Part shown: positions 48,401-57,811 of the stretch, in pieces
How positions within the stretch are numbered: the stretch's first letter is position 1
Layout of the letters: the number at the start of each line of letters is the position of its first letter
Origin: Podarcis erhardii
Taxonomy: Eukaryota
Length of the DNA: 64,000 nt
Reading direction: 5' to 3' (one strand)
NCBI GenBank assembly: GCA_964252035.1
Contig: OZ176206.1
Made by a program: the position numbers and the translations under genes
Notes under the pieces: generated by a model
The model's database searches: none
What the model was told of the DNA's origin: nothing
What the model saw: the letters and a program-made list of their open reading frames with translations, nothing else

Positions 48401-51400
48401 CTTCTATACAGATATCAACATTTTCAAAAGTAGGGGATTCATAGCTTGGCTTCTGAAAAAGAGAGGGTCTGCAGTACTTAACTGGAACCACTGGTGTGTA
48501 CAATACTGAGACAGATAGACCCCCAATGGTCTGCTTCTGGATCAGACAGCTTCTTGCAGTCACCATTTAAAAACTGCTGTAAGATCCATTCCTCCATAGG
48601 CTATAAGGAGGCAAGAGAGAAATTAATCCCTGATGGGGATCCTGGCTACTGAGAACTTCCCACTTTGGAATTAGAAGATGTCTAGTGGAGAATTTGGGAT
48701 TCTACTCATCTCAGGAGGAGGAGACCAGAAGTAAAAAGTTCCTAGCTCTCGTATTTGTCCAGCAACGTAGCCATCATCTGAGAAAGGATCACAAGCTGGA
48801 CCTGTCTAGGCTGTCAGAGCTTCCAGAACTCATAACATCTCTTCTCATGGCTACTGTCCCCCAAAACCGAGCCTCACATCAGAGAAGTCAGTCTAGATGC
48901 CCACCTTTCTTATCCCATTCCTTCCCCCTGCACCTTCCACTCTGCACCATGTGACCAGATTGTTTAGGCTCAAATTCTGCAGAAACGAAGGAGACAAATG
49001 TACCAGGACCACACTATTTACTTTGCACTTGTGCCCGAAAGAGAACAGCCCCTGATGATTAATGAGGGGTGTCACAAGCAGAGCCAACCTTTCATGCCAA
49101 CAGTGCTCAGAAAACAAGGAACATAATGACGAACAGGCACCCACGACTGCTCTGGCAGGCAAGCTGATCAACTCTCCTTTTGGCCTGGAAACTGAGGCTA
49201 AGCCCTGCTTCTCATCAAAACACAGGACTCTGTCACCGTGTGCTGAAGCTTGCTCTCTCTGTTTTCCGAAAGGGCCAGCCCGCACTTCTTTTTGAAGTGT
49301 GGCAGCTGTGGGCCTCACCCAAGTCTTGAAAGTCAGAGGCTGTGGTTAGGAAGGGATGCTCAGCAACAAGCACTAGTCACAGAGCCTAGTCATAGAATCA
49401 TAAGTTGGAAGGGACCCTAAGGGTCATCTAGTCCAACCTAGGAATCTCAACTAAAGCATCAATGACAGATGGGCATCCAACCTCTGCTTTAAAAACTTCT
49501 GTGAAGGAGAGTCTAGTGTAGTACTGCTCAGAAGTGCCACTTGCTCAGCTCTAGAACTCCTCCAGTTTTTCTGCTCCTGCAAGACATATGGATTTCTCCC
49601 TTGGCTGCTCTGCTTTCCAGCCCCTCAGAGTTCTGAGCCTCACCTGGGATATGCAAGTCAGGCATGAGATCAAGGCTATTGTCAACATGGCAACTTTCAG
49701 AATCTTCCAAAATAGAGTTCCTGGGGGTGGGGTGAATTTATCTGCTCAAGTTTGCTGACGTAGCACAAATCTTATAGCAGCCTCCCACAAGCTGGCACCC
49801 ACCTATAACTCTCATCAGCCCCAAACATCTGGAGAGCAAGAGGTTGGGGAAGGTTGGCTCATCATTACCTGTGGCAGGCAATGGTAGTGGGGGACAACTG
49901 AAAACAAGATGGCCAAGAAATTAGCCCTCTTGTCAAAAGCAGTACACAAAGTTGGGAGTCAGGAATAGCCCTCCCAAGACAGAGGACAAGAAGTTCTTGA
50001 TGGCCCTGAGTATATTTGGGAGAACGTTTATTTTTAATATTCCCAGATGAAATAGCTGAAACAAACTCCAAAGGAAAATCTGACTGTCACTGGACTAATT
50101 TTGGACACAGAAGCTGGTCTTTGCTGTGCATGATTATCCCGTCTGCTCAGCATACAGGAGAGAAGTTTCCAGCAACACCATTGCTTCTCTGCTACTAAAA
50201 CCAGCACTCAGTCCACCCTCAAGGGGCAGCACCTTTGCTGCTTCATCAGGAATGCCCTCAAAATGAGGCCCCTTTACATCAGCCCAACATCTCCAATAAG
50301 GCTACGCCCCTACTAGGGCACACGTGACAGGCTCTGCAAATGCTTTTAGGATTAAATGCGGACAGACAAGACTCATTCCAGGAGTCAGAGTGTGGGTCAT
50401 CTTCAGAAAGCATGTTTTGTACTCCAAAGGTCAGTCTGGAACAAGAATTTCAGGAACTGATTTCCCTTGTAAGAACTAAACAAAAAAGTGAATTATGTGA
50501 GGATATGACTAACGCTACTCACTAGTTAAAGTGATTTTCACACTCTAAAAGTAGGTGGGGGGTGGAGAGCAACCGCTTAGCCTGAGGCTGGTACCTTTAA
50601 TTCAGGCATGTTCCACCAGGTCTTTCAATGAGCTCTTGCACTTCCCACTACTCACCCATCTACCATGTAGCAAACTTATCTTTAGAGACATACCCAGCAT
50701 CCTTTTCAGTCTCTCAGCTCACACCTCTCATGTCTACCCAACACTCTGCAGCCCACACCAATCACCTTTGTCACTACCTTTCTCAAGGAAACAGAGGGAG
50801 GATTTCTGTAAAGTTGGAAATAAGAAAACAAGATGGCTCAGCTACAGAGTGAATACAGGGAACATAGAGGGCATTCAAACCAAGGCCTGCAAGCCTGTTC
50901 AACAGTGTACATGGGGGGGGGGGAATTAACCAAGCTTTCCAGGCCCCCATTCGCAAACCACGGACTCTGCCATTGGCACCAAGCACACACTGCCCGCCTG
51001 TTCCATTGCCTACAATAGGAAGCTTCCTTCCAAGCCCAATTTCAGCAGGGAGAGCACCAGAGACTCTGCAGGCACATGTATTTCCTGATACATGGTAACA
51101 TCGTCAACAAATACAGTAAGAAAAGGAGAGCTAAAGAGGAAATATGAAAAGTTCAGTCTGGGAGGCAGTGGCGCTTGAGACAACGAAGGATCTGAACAGA
51201 AATATCAGCTGGGTGATGCAGAAATGGGAGTGAAGGGGAGAGAGAAAGCTAAGCTTCAGCCTCTGTGTACAGGTGGCCCTGAAAGCTATGGGAAAGTGGT
51301 CATTTAGCGTGTGGAGAAAAGAGCAGAAAACAACAAGAGATCCCCAGGCAGGCCCCTCAACAAAGAGAAAGAAAACAAAGGAAGATACTCCACCTAGGTA

Positions 51401-53820
51401 AATACTGAAAGAACACTTAGACAGGCAAAAAACCAGATGAAATCAGAATCATAGACTGGCTGACGGGCATAAAGTAGGGTGTGTTTGTGACCTGTGGCCC
51501 TCCAGATGCTGCTGTTGTACTTCAACTCCCAGCAGCCAATGATCAGGGATGATGGGAGCTGTGACACTCCATTCGCATAAAGGGAATCAAGCAGGAGAGA
51601 GTGACCCCCCTGTAGCAAAGGCACCAAACAAGGACCAAATAGTGACTTTTGTAGTGAGAGATCAACAGATTTTTGCAAGAGCACTTCCAGGTTTAGAAGC
51701 CAGAGGAAGAAGGCAAGAGCTGAATTGGAAGATGGATAGCAGGAGTAAGGAGAACACTTCATAAGTTTGTAGGTGAAGAGTGGAGGGAGAAATAAGGCAC
51801 TCCTGAGAAAACCTCTTCTGAAGCAAGTATTTTGCATTGGGAGGAAATCCTCTATTTGCATCAACATCATCTTCACAGTAGGTATTTCCCCCAAAACTAT
51901 AGCAGGAGAGAAAGGGGTTACATTCCTCCATCAAGACCGTAGCAGCAATCCCAATTGATGAATCCCCAGTTGATGCTCTTTGCCTTCTTTAGGGCGGTGG
52001 CAGCGGCAGAGGGGTGGGGGGTGGGGAGTCTGTGTTAAATGCAAAGATGCATTGAGGGTTAAGTCTCACTTAGCCCTCAATTCCTGCAATATCTGCAATA
52101 ACTAGACTATAATAAGAGCTGTTGTTTGTGCACACAGCCTGGCTCTAGAGCACATGTTTAAAACCCAAGCACACTTAGTTGGAACGGCTTTGCATGTTTG
52201 TTCCCAACCCCCTTTAGTCGCCAACAAAAAAATACCCCATGACTATTGACATGAGATATTCAGCTGCTTCATGCCAAAAATAAAGCAGCAAATGAAACAA
52301 CAAATCAAGACCAACATCTAATTGCAGGGAGTTCAGCTTATTTAGAGGCCAGAAGATGAAACGCAACCCAAACACACATCCTCCACCTCTGCTGGCCCAG
52401 GCTACAAGACACAACACAGGGACTATACCACTGAGGCAGCCAATAGCTGTTCCTAGGATACCTCTGCAAGGCTGACCAAACAGCATGACTGAACACCAAT
52501 CTATGGTGATCAAAATATCTGCTCTGGCCTAAATATATGGTTTGAGTCATACTGGCACAGCAAACGCTACAGGTCCATCAATATCTTGTCAGTGCATACA
52601 TTCTCAGCTATGATGTCAAGATATAAACTGGACAATATTCATTTATTGCATGTGTTTTGAGTGCTTATCTATTTCATGCCTGTGGCTGCCAAAAATTTAT
52701 ATATCATTTTAACTCTGTCACTGCTTTTTGTCTCTTGTTATCTCTGAACTGCAGAAAAATGTCATGTTAGACTGAAAATTGCGCAATGCAGGTAAAACGT
52801 ACCTGGACTGCATTCTAATACACCACAAGACCAGCTCAAGTTAGGCAAGCGGACCTTCTATAGCCATAATTTTGCACACAAAAATTCTAAGCTGGGAACC
52901 ACCCAACTTTTTAGAAGAAATTTATCCATGTTGTATTGCCAGGCAAAGCAGATGGGGACTCTGTCCAGAAATGCATCATCACTGATTTGTATGCTGCCTT
53001 CTTATAGTAAGACCACGTGCAAGGCTGGCGGTTTTAAAAGGAATAAGAAATTTACAGAGCAGAAACCAAAAACCTAAAGGCAAGAGAGGAAGGCAGAAGA
53101 AGGCAAACCCACCCCCCATAAGTGAATGATGAGCTTTGGGCACCCTAACCTTACTGTGGGAAGCTGTGCCAGCCCCAATCCCCCTTGAGCATGGCAAGAG
53201 TGCAAAAAGGGAGAAAAAGCCAGGCCTCCCTTGGTGGCTCTTCTCTCCTCCAGGGAGACCTTCAGATGCTGCTTCCCAGAGGCTGGATCACCCCTCTCTC
53301 CTACCCCCACCCCAGCATCCTGCCCTGATAGGAACCAAGCACATGACCATCGTGGGGCTCCAGGAAGCGGCAACCTCCCCAGCTGCGGACAGCGCTGTCC
53401 TCCCCCCGCACCAAGAGCCGCCGGGACTAGTAGCCACGGGCGGCGGCGCCAGCCAGCCCCATCCAGGGAGCAGCTGGCCCCGTGAACTTCTGAGGGGAGC
53501 ACAGCCAGAGGCTTCTACCGTCTCCTGCCCCGTTGCATCTTACAAAGGCGACGACTGCGGTTTCGCCTTCCAGCGCTCTGCACGCGCTCAGAGGCCGCGC
53601 ACATCTCTCTCTCTCTCACCGGGAGCGGGGCGTCGAGAAGGCGGTGGAAGGCGGGCAGCTGGGCGGCGAGCGGCAGCGCCTCGGCGACGGGCTGGGCGGG
53701 CGGGCGGCGCGGCTCCGGGAAGGCGGCGCACGAGAAGGGGTCCCCGTCCTCCAGGTACTGCAGCCGGCACAGCACCGAGCCCGGAGGCGGCGAGGCGGAA
53801 GGAGCGGGAGGCTCGCCCAT
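21788..53820 (-). CDS. FHOD1: FH1/FH2 domain-containing protein 1 (formin), complete spliced CDS
   Basis: join(53820-53620,44898-44792,44422-44358,37040-36973,36621-36516,34369-34275,33340-33229,33033-32939,32817-32674,32531-32323,31981-31871,29307-29192,29040-28067,27326-27174,26956-26774,26388-26269,25555-25394,24428-24238,23922-23730,23530-23371,22543-22367,21870-21788) = 3825 nt with all phases compatible. Has GBD/FH3 ([15 protein letters not shown]), polyproline FH1, FH2 ([18 protein letters not shown]) and DAD ([22 protein letters not shown]). Cumulative ends of exons 1-9 (201..993) match my recollection of human FHOD1. Confidence 0.97.
22367..22543 (-). CDS. FHOD1: FHOD1 exon 21 (DAD: [10 protein letters not shown]...[10 protein letters not shown])
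   Basis: TTCTAG| ... |GTAAGC; 177 nt. Confidence 0.95.
23371..23530 (-). CDS. FHOD1: FHOD1 exon 20 (MERFATV...RSRASR)
   Basis: CATTGTAG| ... |GTAGGG; 160 nt. Confidence 0.9.
23730..23922 (-). CDS. FHOD1: FHOD1 exon 19 ([10 protein letters not shown]...RGRMITE), ends at a GC donor
   Basis: CCCGCAG| ... GAG|GCAAGT; 193 nt. Confidence 0.92.
24238..24428 (-). CDS. FHOD1: FHOD1 exon 18 ([10 protein letters not shown]...RRVLNR)
   Basis: CTCCAG| ... |GTCTGT; 191 nt. Confidence 0.93.
24590..25050 (-). mobile_element. CR1 ORF2 C-terminus and 3' UTR
   Basis: [10 protein letters not shown]...[13 protein letters not shown]...FKYLKGCH. Confidence 0.9.
25124..25251. other. Assembly gap (128 N) in FHOD1 intron 17
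   Basis: run of N; flanking exons 17 and 18 are phase-compatible, so no constitutive exon need be hidden. Confidence 1.
25394..25555 (-). CDS. FHOD1: FHOD1 exon 17 ([12 protein letters not shown]...ITRSAK)
   Basis: TTCAG| ... |GTCAGG; 162 nt. Confidence 0.95.
26269..26388 (-). CDS. FHOD1: FHOD1 exon 16 ([10 protein letters not shown]...GNFLNGSQ)
   Basis: GTGCAG| ... |GTGAGG; 120 nt. Confidence 0.95.
26774..26956 (-). CDS. FHOD1: FHOD1 exon 15 ([12 protein letters not shown]...YEAMEQ)
   Basis: TTTTGCAG| ... |GTACAC; 183 nt. Confidence 0.95.
27174..27326 (-). CDS. FHOD1: FHOD1 exon 14 (FH2; [15 protein letters not shown])
   Basis: less common AAG| acceptor (TTTTTCACTCCCAAG); |GTGAGA; 153 nt. 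Confidence 0.93.
28067..29040 (-). CDS. FHOD1: FHOD1 exon 13: FH1 polyproline region and start of FH2
   Basis: CCCTTAG| ... |GTAGGT; 974 nt; [27 protein letters not shown]. Confidence 0.95.
29192..29307 (-). CDS. FHOD1: FHOD1 exon 12 ([14 protein letters not shown]...QLSP)
   Basis: TCTCATAG| ... |GTAATG; 116 nt. Confidence 0.92.
30259..30312 (-). CDS. FHOD1: FHOD1 54-nt cassette exon ([19 protein letters not shown])
   Basis: CTAAC branch point + TTTTTCTCCCAG| ... |GTAAGT; phase 2-2; same length as human APESPPVPQSPPGQARLE insert (recalled). Confidence 0.8.
   Translation of the reverse strand, partial: ARGKPLSMWGQAYSEAL
30961..30984 (-). CDS. FHOD1: FHOD1 24-nt cassette microexon (K-LHETAPAW)
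   Basis: CCTTTTCCAG|ACTTCACGAAACTGCCCCTGCTTG|GTAAGT; phase 2-2; resembles human LHQTASVW insert (recalled). Confidence 0.85.
31871..31981 (-). CDS. FHOD1: FHOD1 exon 11 (PAFKSMY...ERSIFK)
   Basis: long pyrimidine tract TTTTCCAG| ... |GTAGGT; 111 nt, phase 2-2; ERSIFK resembles human ERSIYK. Confidence 0.88.
32323..32531 (-). CDS. FHOD1: FHOD1 exon 10 (NALKYEDG...SSQD)
   Basis: TTGCAG| ... |GTGAGT; 209 nt. Confidence 0.9.
32674..32817 (-). CDS. FHOD1: FHOD1 exon 9 ([19 protein letters not shown]...IYE)
   Basis: GTGCAG| ... |GTGACG; 144 nt. Confidence 0.95.
32939..33033 (-). CDS. FHOD1: FHOD1 exon 8 ([16 protein letters not shown]...TLINK)
   Basis: TTGCAG| ... |GTGAAT; 95 nt. Confidence 0.95.
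33229..33340 (-). CDS. FHOD1: FHOD1 exon 7 ([18 protein letters not shown]...)
   Basis: CTGCTAG| ... |GTGAGT; 112 nt. Confidence 0.95.
33730..34205 (+). mobile_element. CR1 3' fragment interrupted by a MITE
   Basis: ggaagattcaggacagataaaagaaagta ... cagcttggatggctttaaaggagg; tail ggatgctggactaagtgggcc. Confidence 0.8.
33795..33999. mobile_element. Tigger/pogo-like MITE (family B, reverse orientation) nested in CR1
   Basis: TA|CAGTGGTACC ... GGTACCACTG|TA. Confidence 0.92.
34275..34369 (-). CDS. FHOD1: FHOD1 exon 6 ([12 protein letters not shown]...LCGSL)
   Basis: TTCCAG| ... |GTGAGT; 95 nt. Confidence 0.95.
34700..34960 (+). mobile_element. L2 3' end
   Basis: gtaagctgccttgagtccc...ggtgggatataaataaat. 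Confidence 0.65.
35556..35702 (+). mobile_element. Severely 5'-truncated L1 3' end containing (TATTATG)6
   Basis: 18-bp TSD AAGAAAAAGTGGCCTCTC (35538-35555 / 35703-35720); caataaagatcatttt + A-rich tail. Confidence 0.8.
36459..36494. repeat. (CT)n microsatellite
   Basis: direct observation, just downstream of the exon 5 donor. Confidence 0.95.
36516..36621 (-). CDS. FHOD1: FHOD1 exon 5 ([10 protein letters not shown]...NYILR)
   Basis: CTGCAG| ... |GTAAGT; 106 nt. Confidence 0.95.
36973..37040 (-). CDS. FHOD1: FHOD1 exon 4 ([23 protein letters not shown])
   Basis: TTTTCCTCCAG| ... |GTAAGG; 68 nt. Confidence 0.95.
37700..37910 (+). mobile_element. L2 ORF2 C-terminal fragment
   Basis: [14 protein letters not shown]-like translation. 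Confidence 0.55.
38430..38620 (-). mobile_element. tRNA-derived squamate SINE (Squam3-like)
   Basis: gggattgaacctgggaccttctgcatgc (B-box region reversed) and gaccacttggtccctctagctca body. Confidence 0.65.
41860..42090 (-). mobile_element. CR1 3' fragment
   Basis: tgtgaagaaatacttaattatgtctgtcctgaatcttcc. Confidence 0.65.
44358..44422 (-). CDS. FHOD1: FHOD1 exon 3 ([21 protein letters not shown])
   Basis: TTGCAG| ... |GTGAGT; 65 nt; translated by hand. Confidence 0.95.
44792..44898 (-). CDS. FHOD1: FHOD1 exon 2 ([36 protein letters not shown])
   Basis: TTTTGCAG| ... |GTGAAA; 107 nt; not in the ORF track, translated by hand. Confidence 0.95.
47280..47530 (+). mobile_element. L2 RT fragment
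   Basis: KWHQYADD motif (QYADDTQL-type). Confidence 0.65.
47873..48010 (+). mobile_element. tRNA-derived SINE head (Squam3-like)
   Basis: ggctcagtggtagggcatctgctttgcat A-box head. Confidence 0.6.
48344..48493. mobile_element. hAT-Charlie-like MITE
   Basis: TIR CAGTGGTTCC / GGAACCACTG; degenerate 8-bp flanks gggtagac / gtgtgtac. Confidence 0.65.
49385..49510 (-). mobile_element. CR1 3' end
   Basis: catagaatcataagttggaagggaccctaagggtcatctagtccaac. Confidence 0.8.
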
Positions 53821-54500
53821 GGCCGCGGCACCCAGGCTCGCCTCGCCTCAGTCCCGGCAAGAGAGTCTGAGGCGAATTGCGGGAGGGGCGAGGGGCGGAG
53901 TCGGGACACAGCAGAGGGAGGAGCTACTAGCCCCGCCCACCAGCCGCTGCCGGCCTCTACTGGCCACACACAATACACCAACACACACCGGGAGAGGCCT
54001 CTGCGGGCCACTCCTGCTGACCACTGAGAGCCGGAAGTCTATCTGCGCCCACAGAGCCCCGAGCTCTTTGGGCCTAGGGAGGGGGGCGTGCCGAAGCCTG
54101 ATTGGTCGCCGTTGGCGTGGTGGGCGGAGCCATTCGCTGCCTGCTCCACGTGCGCGCGCTCCAGCCAGAAGGGGCAACCCCGGCGACGCCGGCAGCGAAG
54201 TTTCCGTAGCGGAAGGGAACGAACGACGGACCGACCTCCGATCGGTCCCTCGGTCCGCGTGGGCTGGGGCTTTTTGGTGAGGCACCCTTTCGATTTGCCT
54301 CTGCCTCGCAGGGGTAGCTTCCTCGCACCGGACGCCCTTTCAACCCAGCCTGGTTTTGCATGCCCGGGGCAGAACGGTTTTTGACCCTCACTCCCGCCGT
54401 GGCCATCTCCTCCCCTCCTTCCTTGGGGAGGGTGGGTGTCTCGCCCCCCGACCGCCTTCTCCGCACCCCCGGGCTCAGGCGCTGCCACCAGGAGGCAGAG
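53300..54500. promoter_or_regulatory. CpG-island promoter of FHOD1, probably bidirectional
   Basis: CpG-rich; GC boxes near 53893, 53931 and 54122; ETS CCGGAAGT 54031-54038; CCAAT (ctgattgg) near 54100; E-box CACGTG 54147-54152; inverted TTCCG/CGGAAG near 54200-54216. Confidence 0.8.
53620..53820 (-). CDS. FHOD1: FHOD1 coding exon 1 (MGEPPAP...LLDAPLP)
   Basis: ATG at 53820; 201 nt; donor CCG|GTGAGA. Confidence 0.95.
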
Positions 54501-55815
54501 CGCCCTTAGCTAAGACAGGCCAGCATTCATTTTAGGCAGATTTTATAGGAATGAAGAGGAACTTTTCTTTCAGAATAGATTTTTTTAGCTCAGAACTTTA
54601 CATTTTTACTTTCAGCATGCTTTCCATCTGCTTTAAGACCCAAGAGTAATTTCCTTTTTCAGTTTGTAAGTGAAGATAAGAGCTGGCCTGCAGATCTTTT
54701 GGGTTGGCCGCCTGCTTGCTTTTTATTGAAATATGATTAAACGGGTATATATTTATATTGTGTAAGTGCAGTTGAATTCAGTACGGTTTTTTTCTGAATA
54801 GACATGATTAGGCTTGTATTGTCAGACATCGTGTTTCTCAAGTCGCCCTGTTTCCCCTGAGGTACACCATGACCCCCTTTCCCAGCAGCAGTGCACACAC
54901 ACCTAGCTCAGGGGCTTACAAACCTCTCAGTCAACTCACAAAGGAGGTAAAATTTGAAGAGAAATGGCAACAACTCTCATTTTTGCACAGGATATATCCT
55001 CTTTGGTAACACTGGCAGAAACAATTGGGTTATTTCTTTTCAGCAGATTGATGCTTACGGGCAATAATTGCTAGGGTTGTGTTTTTCTGCAGCAACTCTT
55101 CTTTCCAGAGATGGAACAAAATCCGTCAGATACCGCAAGTAGGCTGATGAGCAGCCTCCTTTGCCATAGCCAGAAACTGCTTTTGGTTTCTGTGAATCAT
55201 TCCTGGAGTTGTCAGAGTTGAGTAAGCAGTCCATGGCAGCAGCATCCCAGAGGGATCAAATCACTAGCCTAGATTTGGGTTTATGTGACAAGGAATTTCC
55301 ATGGTCTCTGGGGGAGCCATAATGAACCACAATTATCCTGCCTCTTACCATGATTTCCAGTCTGTTGTGGAGATCTCTAGAATCCTTTCTGAAAGTAGGG
55401 AAGGGGGAGGTGTAGAAGAAAATAGTGGTTGCTGTGGCCAGAGGCTCTTGCCAGATGCCAACAAGCCCTTGCAGTGATTCTCTACCATTTTGAGGAACTT
55501 TTTGCTCCCAATCCTTAGGCTCCCAGAGATGGTACATCTTTTCCTAGCTGGGGCTGTACATTTACTTGGATTAAGGACAACTCTCATCCCCGAAACAGCA
55601 AGAGTCCACACACTCATTTAGGGAGGGGAGTCATTTTGAATATTGCGTTGAGACTGATGCCTGTTACACTTCCAGTTGTATGCAGCAGCATAACCCCTCT
55701 TCTACATGATTTGAGCTTGCCTGCAATCCTGAGAAAGGTGCCCTCTTGAAGCTTCTGCAACACCCCCCCCCCTTACAGAGGCACAGAGAATTAACAGCAG
55801 GGAAAGATCCCTTTG

Positions 55816-55896
55816 TTTTTGTTTTTTTTAAAAAAATAATATTTATCACTTTTCCAACAATTTAAACACTACAAAAAAGAAGAACAATACAATACA
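55816..55896 (-). mobile_element. 81-bp L1-type 3' tail insertion
   Basis: 17-bp TSD AGGGAAAGATCCCTTTG (55799-55815 / 55897-55913). Confidence 0.75.
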
Positions 55897-57671
55897 AGGG
55901 AAAGATCCCTTTGAATAGTCGAGAACAGCCTTCCCCAACCTGATGTTTTGGAATACATTACTGCATTGGCTGGAGCTGGTGGGAGTTGTAAAAACATCCG
56001 GAGGGCACCAGTTTGATGAAGGCTGGAGTCATGCCAAAACACAACTTTATTATTAGCACTTTAGGAAAAGGAACACAGGGAATGGGCTTATGCTGAGTTC
56101 ATTGGTTCATACTCTCTACTACACTGACTGGGAATAAAGGCTCTCCAGGGTTCCAGGGAAGTCCGACTCCAGCCCTAACTGGAGAGATTATTGGGGACCA
56201 AACCTGGGTTTGATTCAACTACTGATTCAGTTTTGCAGATTGGCCTGCATTGATTCTAGTTGGTTTGTCTGTGTGAAAGACCAGCTCCTACTCCCACAAA
56301 GCCACAAATGATTTATGCTGGTTGTCTATATGTGCTTTGGACCTAGCACAGAGCTGCATAGTCTGTAAGACTGAAAGAAATGGCCTATTTTTCAGAGCTA
56401 TTTTTCAACAATATACTTCCATTGAAAGTGGAGGACTCCCCCCCCCCCCAATTTTCAGAAGCACCTTGATCTAAAGAACAGTGACTTACTGCCTAGAAGG
56501 GGACCTCTCTGCTTGGTTGGGAGGGAGGGAGGGGAGTTATGAGGTCCATATGCCAGCTTTCTCAGACCTCCAAGAGGCTTGGCGCACATGACAACTGTCC
56601 CTTTTGCCCTGAGGTAGAGCCAGCTCTGAGTGTGGTTGATGGATTGCATTGCAGGATATGTGTGTGTTACGACAATAGGGGTAATGAGGGAGTTGCAAGG
56701 TCCAAACTGGAGGAGGACTGTCTTGGGCTGTGAGCCTCAACCTTCTCCCACCTCACCCCACTCACTCTTATTCATGGCAGAGGGTGACATGAATTCTTAT
56801 TTTCCACCCATCTGGTAGGGGGAGATCTTGGTTTCTCTGGACAGTGGCTACACAATCCTAACTTAGAGGTTTTAGAAACTGGTCCCCTTTTTGGTGGTGG
56901 GGTGCATGCACTTAGAAGCCCGCTTGGTTTTGGCAGCGCCTGCCCTCAGCTCCATGCCAGACCTCTGATGGCCTTCCGCAGCCCATCGCCTCAGCAAGCT
57001 GTCTCTGAGGCAGGAGCTGGAGCTGTTGGGTCTGACCACAAGTGGGGGAAAATCTTCCTCAGCACTCAGAGGGCTAGTCAGCTGCTGGCGGCAGCCCTGC
57101 AGCCAGTCCAGACTTTTTGGGGACATCAAATTGCATCACTATTTTATTCTGTTTTTCTCCAGTTTGGGTATGTTTTATGTTTCCCAGTGGGGGCCAGGAG
57201 ACTAGCAGGGTCTCTCTTTTGCAAGACATCAAGTGAGGAGCAGAGAGCTGTGGAGAGACAGACAAGGGTGACCAGCAGGAGTGACAGCCGTGCCTTCCCG
57301 GGCATGCAGCCCCACCAACTGGCAGCCTGGCATCCCTCTCCCTGGACTTTCTGCACTTAAGAAGGCAGCAACCTCCCTTTGGAGCCTTTCAGGGAGGAAG
57401 AACAACAGAACATCACCTGGCCAATGAGTTTGAGAAGCTGCCCTGATTTCTGGACCCTGACCTTGCCATGTTGGTGATTGCAGCCATAGGAGGAAAACCA
57501 AACCTGTTTCTTGCCACATGCTGCACTTGAAGAACCAGAGAGGCAGAGGGGAACTCCTGGGTTCCATGATGGGATCACTCATCACAGCTGCTAGATCACT
57601 TTGACAGGTGAGGAGAGTCCACTGTAAAAGGGATGGATTGAAACGCATCAATTCATTTTCATAGCTTTATT

Positions 57672-57810
57672 GAATCATAGAATCATAGAGTTGGAAGGGA
57701 CCACGAGGGTCATCTCGTCCAAACCTCTGCAATGCAAGAATCTTTTTGCCCAATGTGAGCTTGAACCCATAGCCCTGAGATTAAGTATCTCATGTTGTTA
57801 CCGACTGAGC
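57672..57810 (-). mobile_element. tRNA-Lys(CTT)-derived SINE with CR1 tail
   Basis: GCTCAGTCGGTA..CATGAGATACTTAATCTCAGGG..TGGGTTCAAGC..ATTGGGC fused to GATTCTTGCATTGCAG...ATTCTATGATTC. Confidence 0.8.
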
Positions 57811-57811
57811 G

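Noticed and set aside
53136-54488. Several 100-244-aa ORFs around the FHOD1 start
   Set aside because: Stop-poor CpG-island DNA; Arg/Gly/Pro/Ala-rich with no recognisable family
57738-57810. Functional tRNA-Lys gene
   Set aside because: Acceptor stem truncated, several substitutions, fused to a CR1 tail, so a SINE
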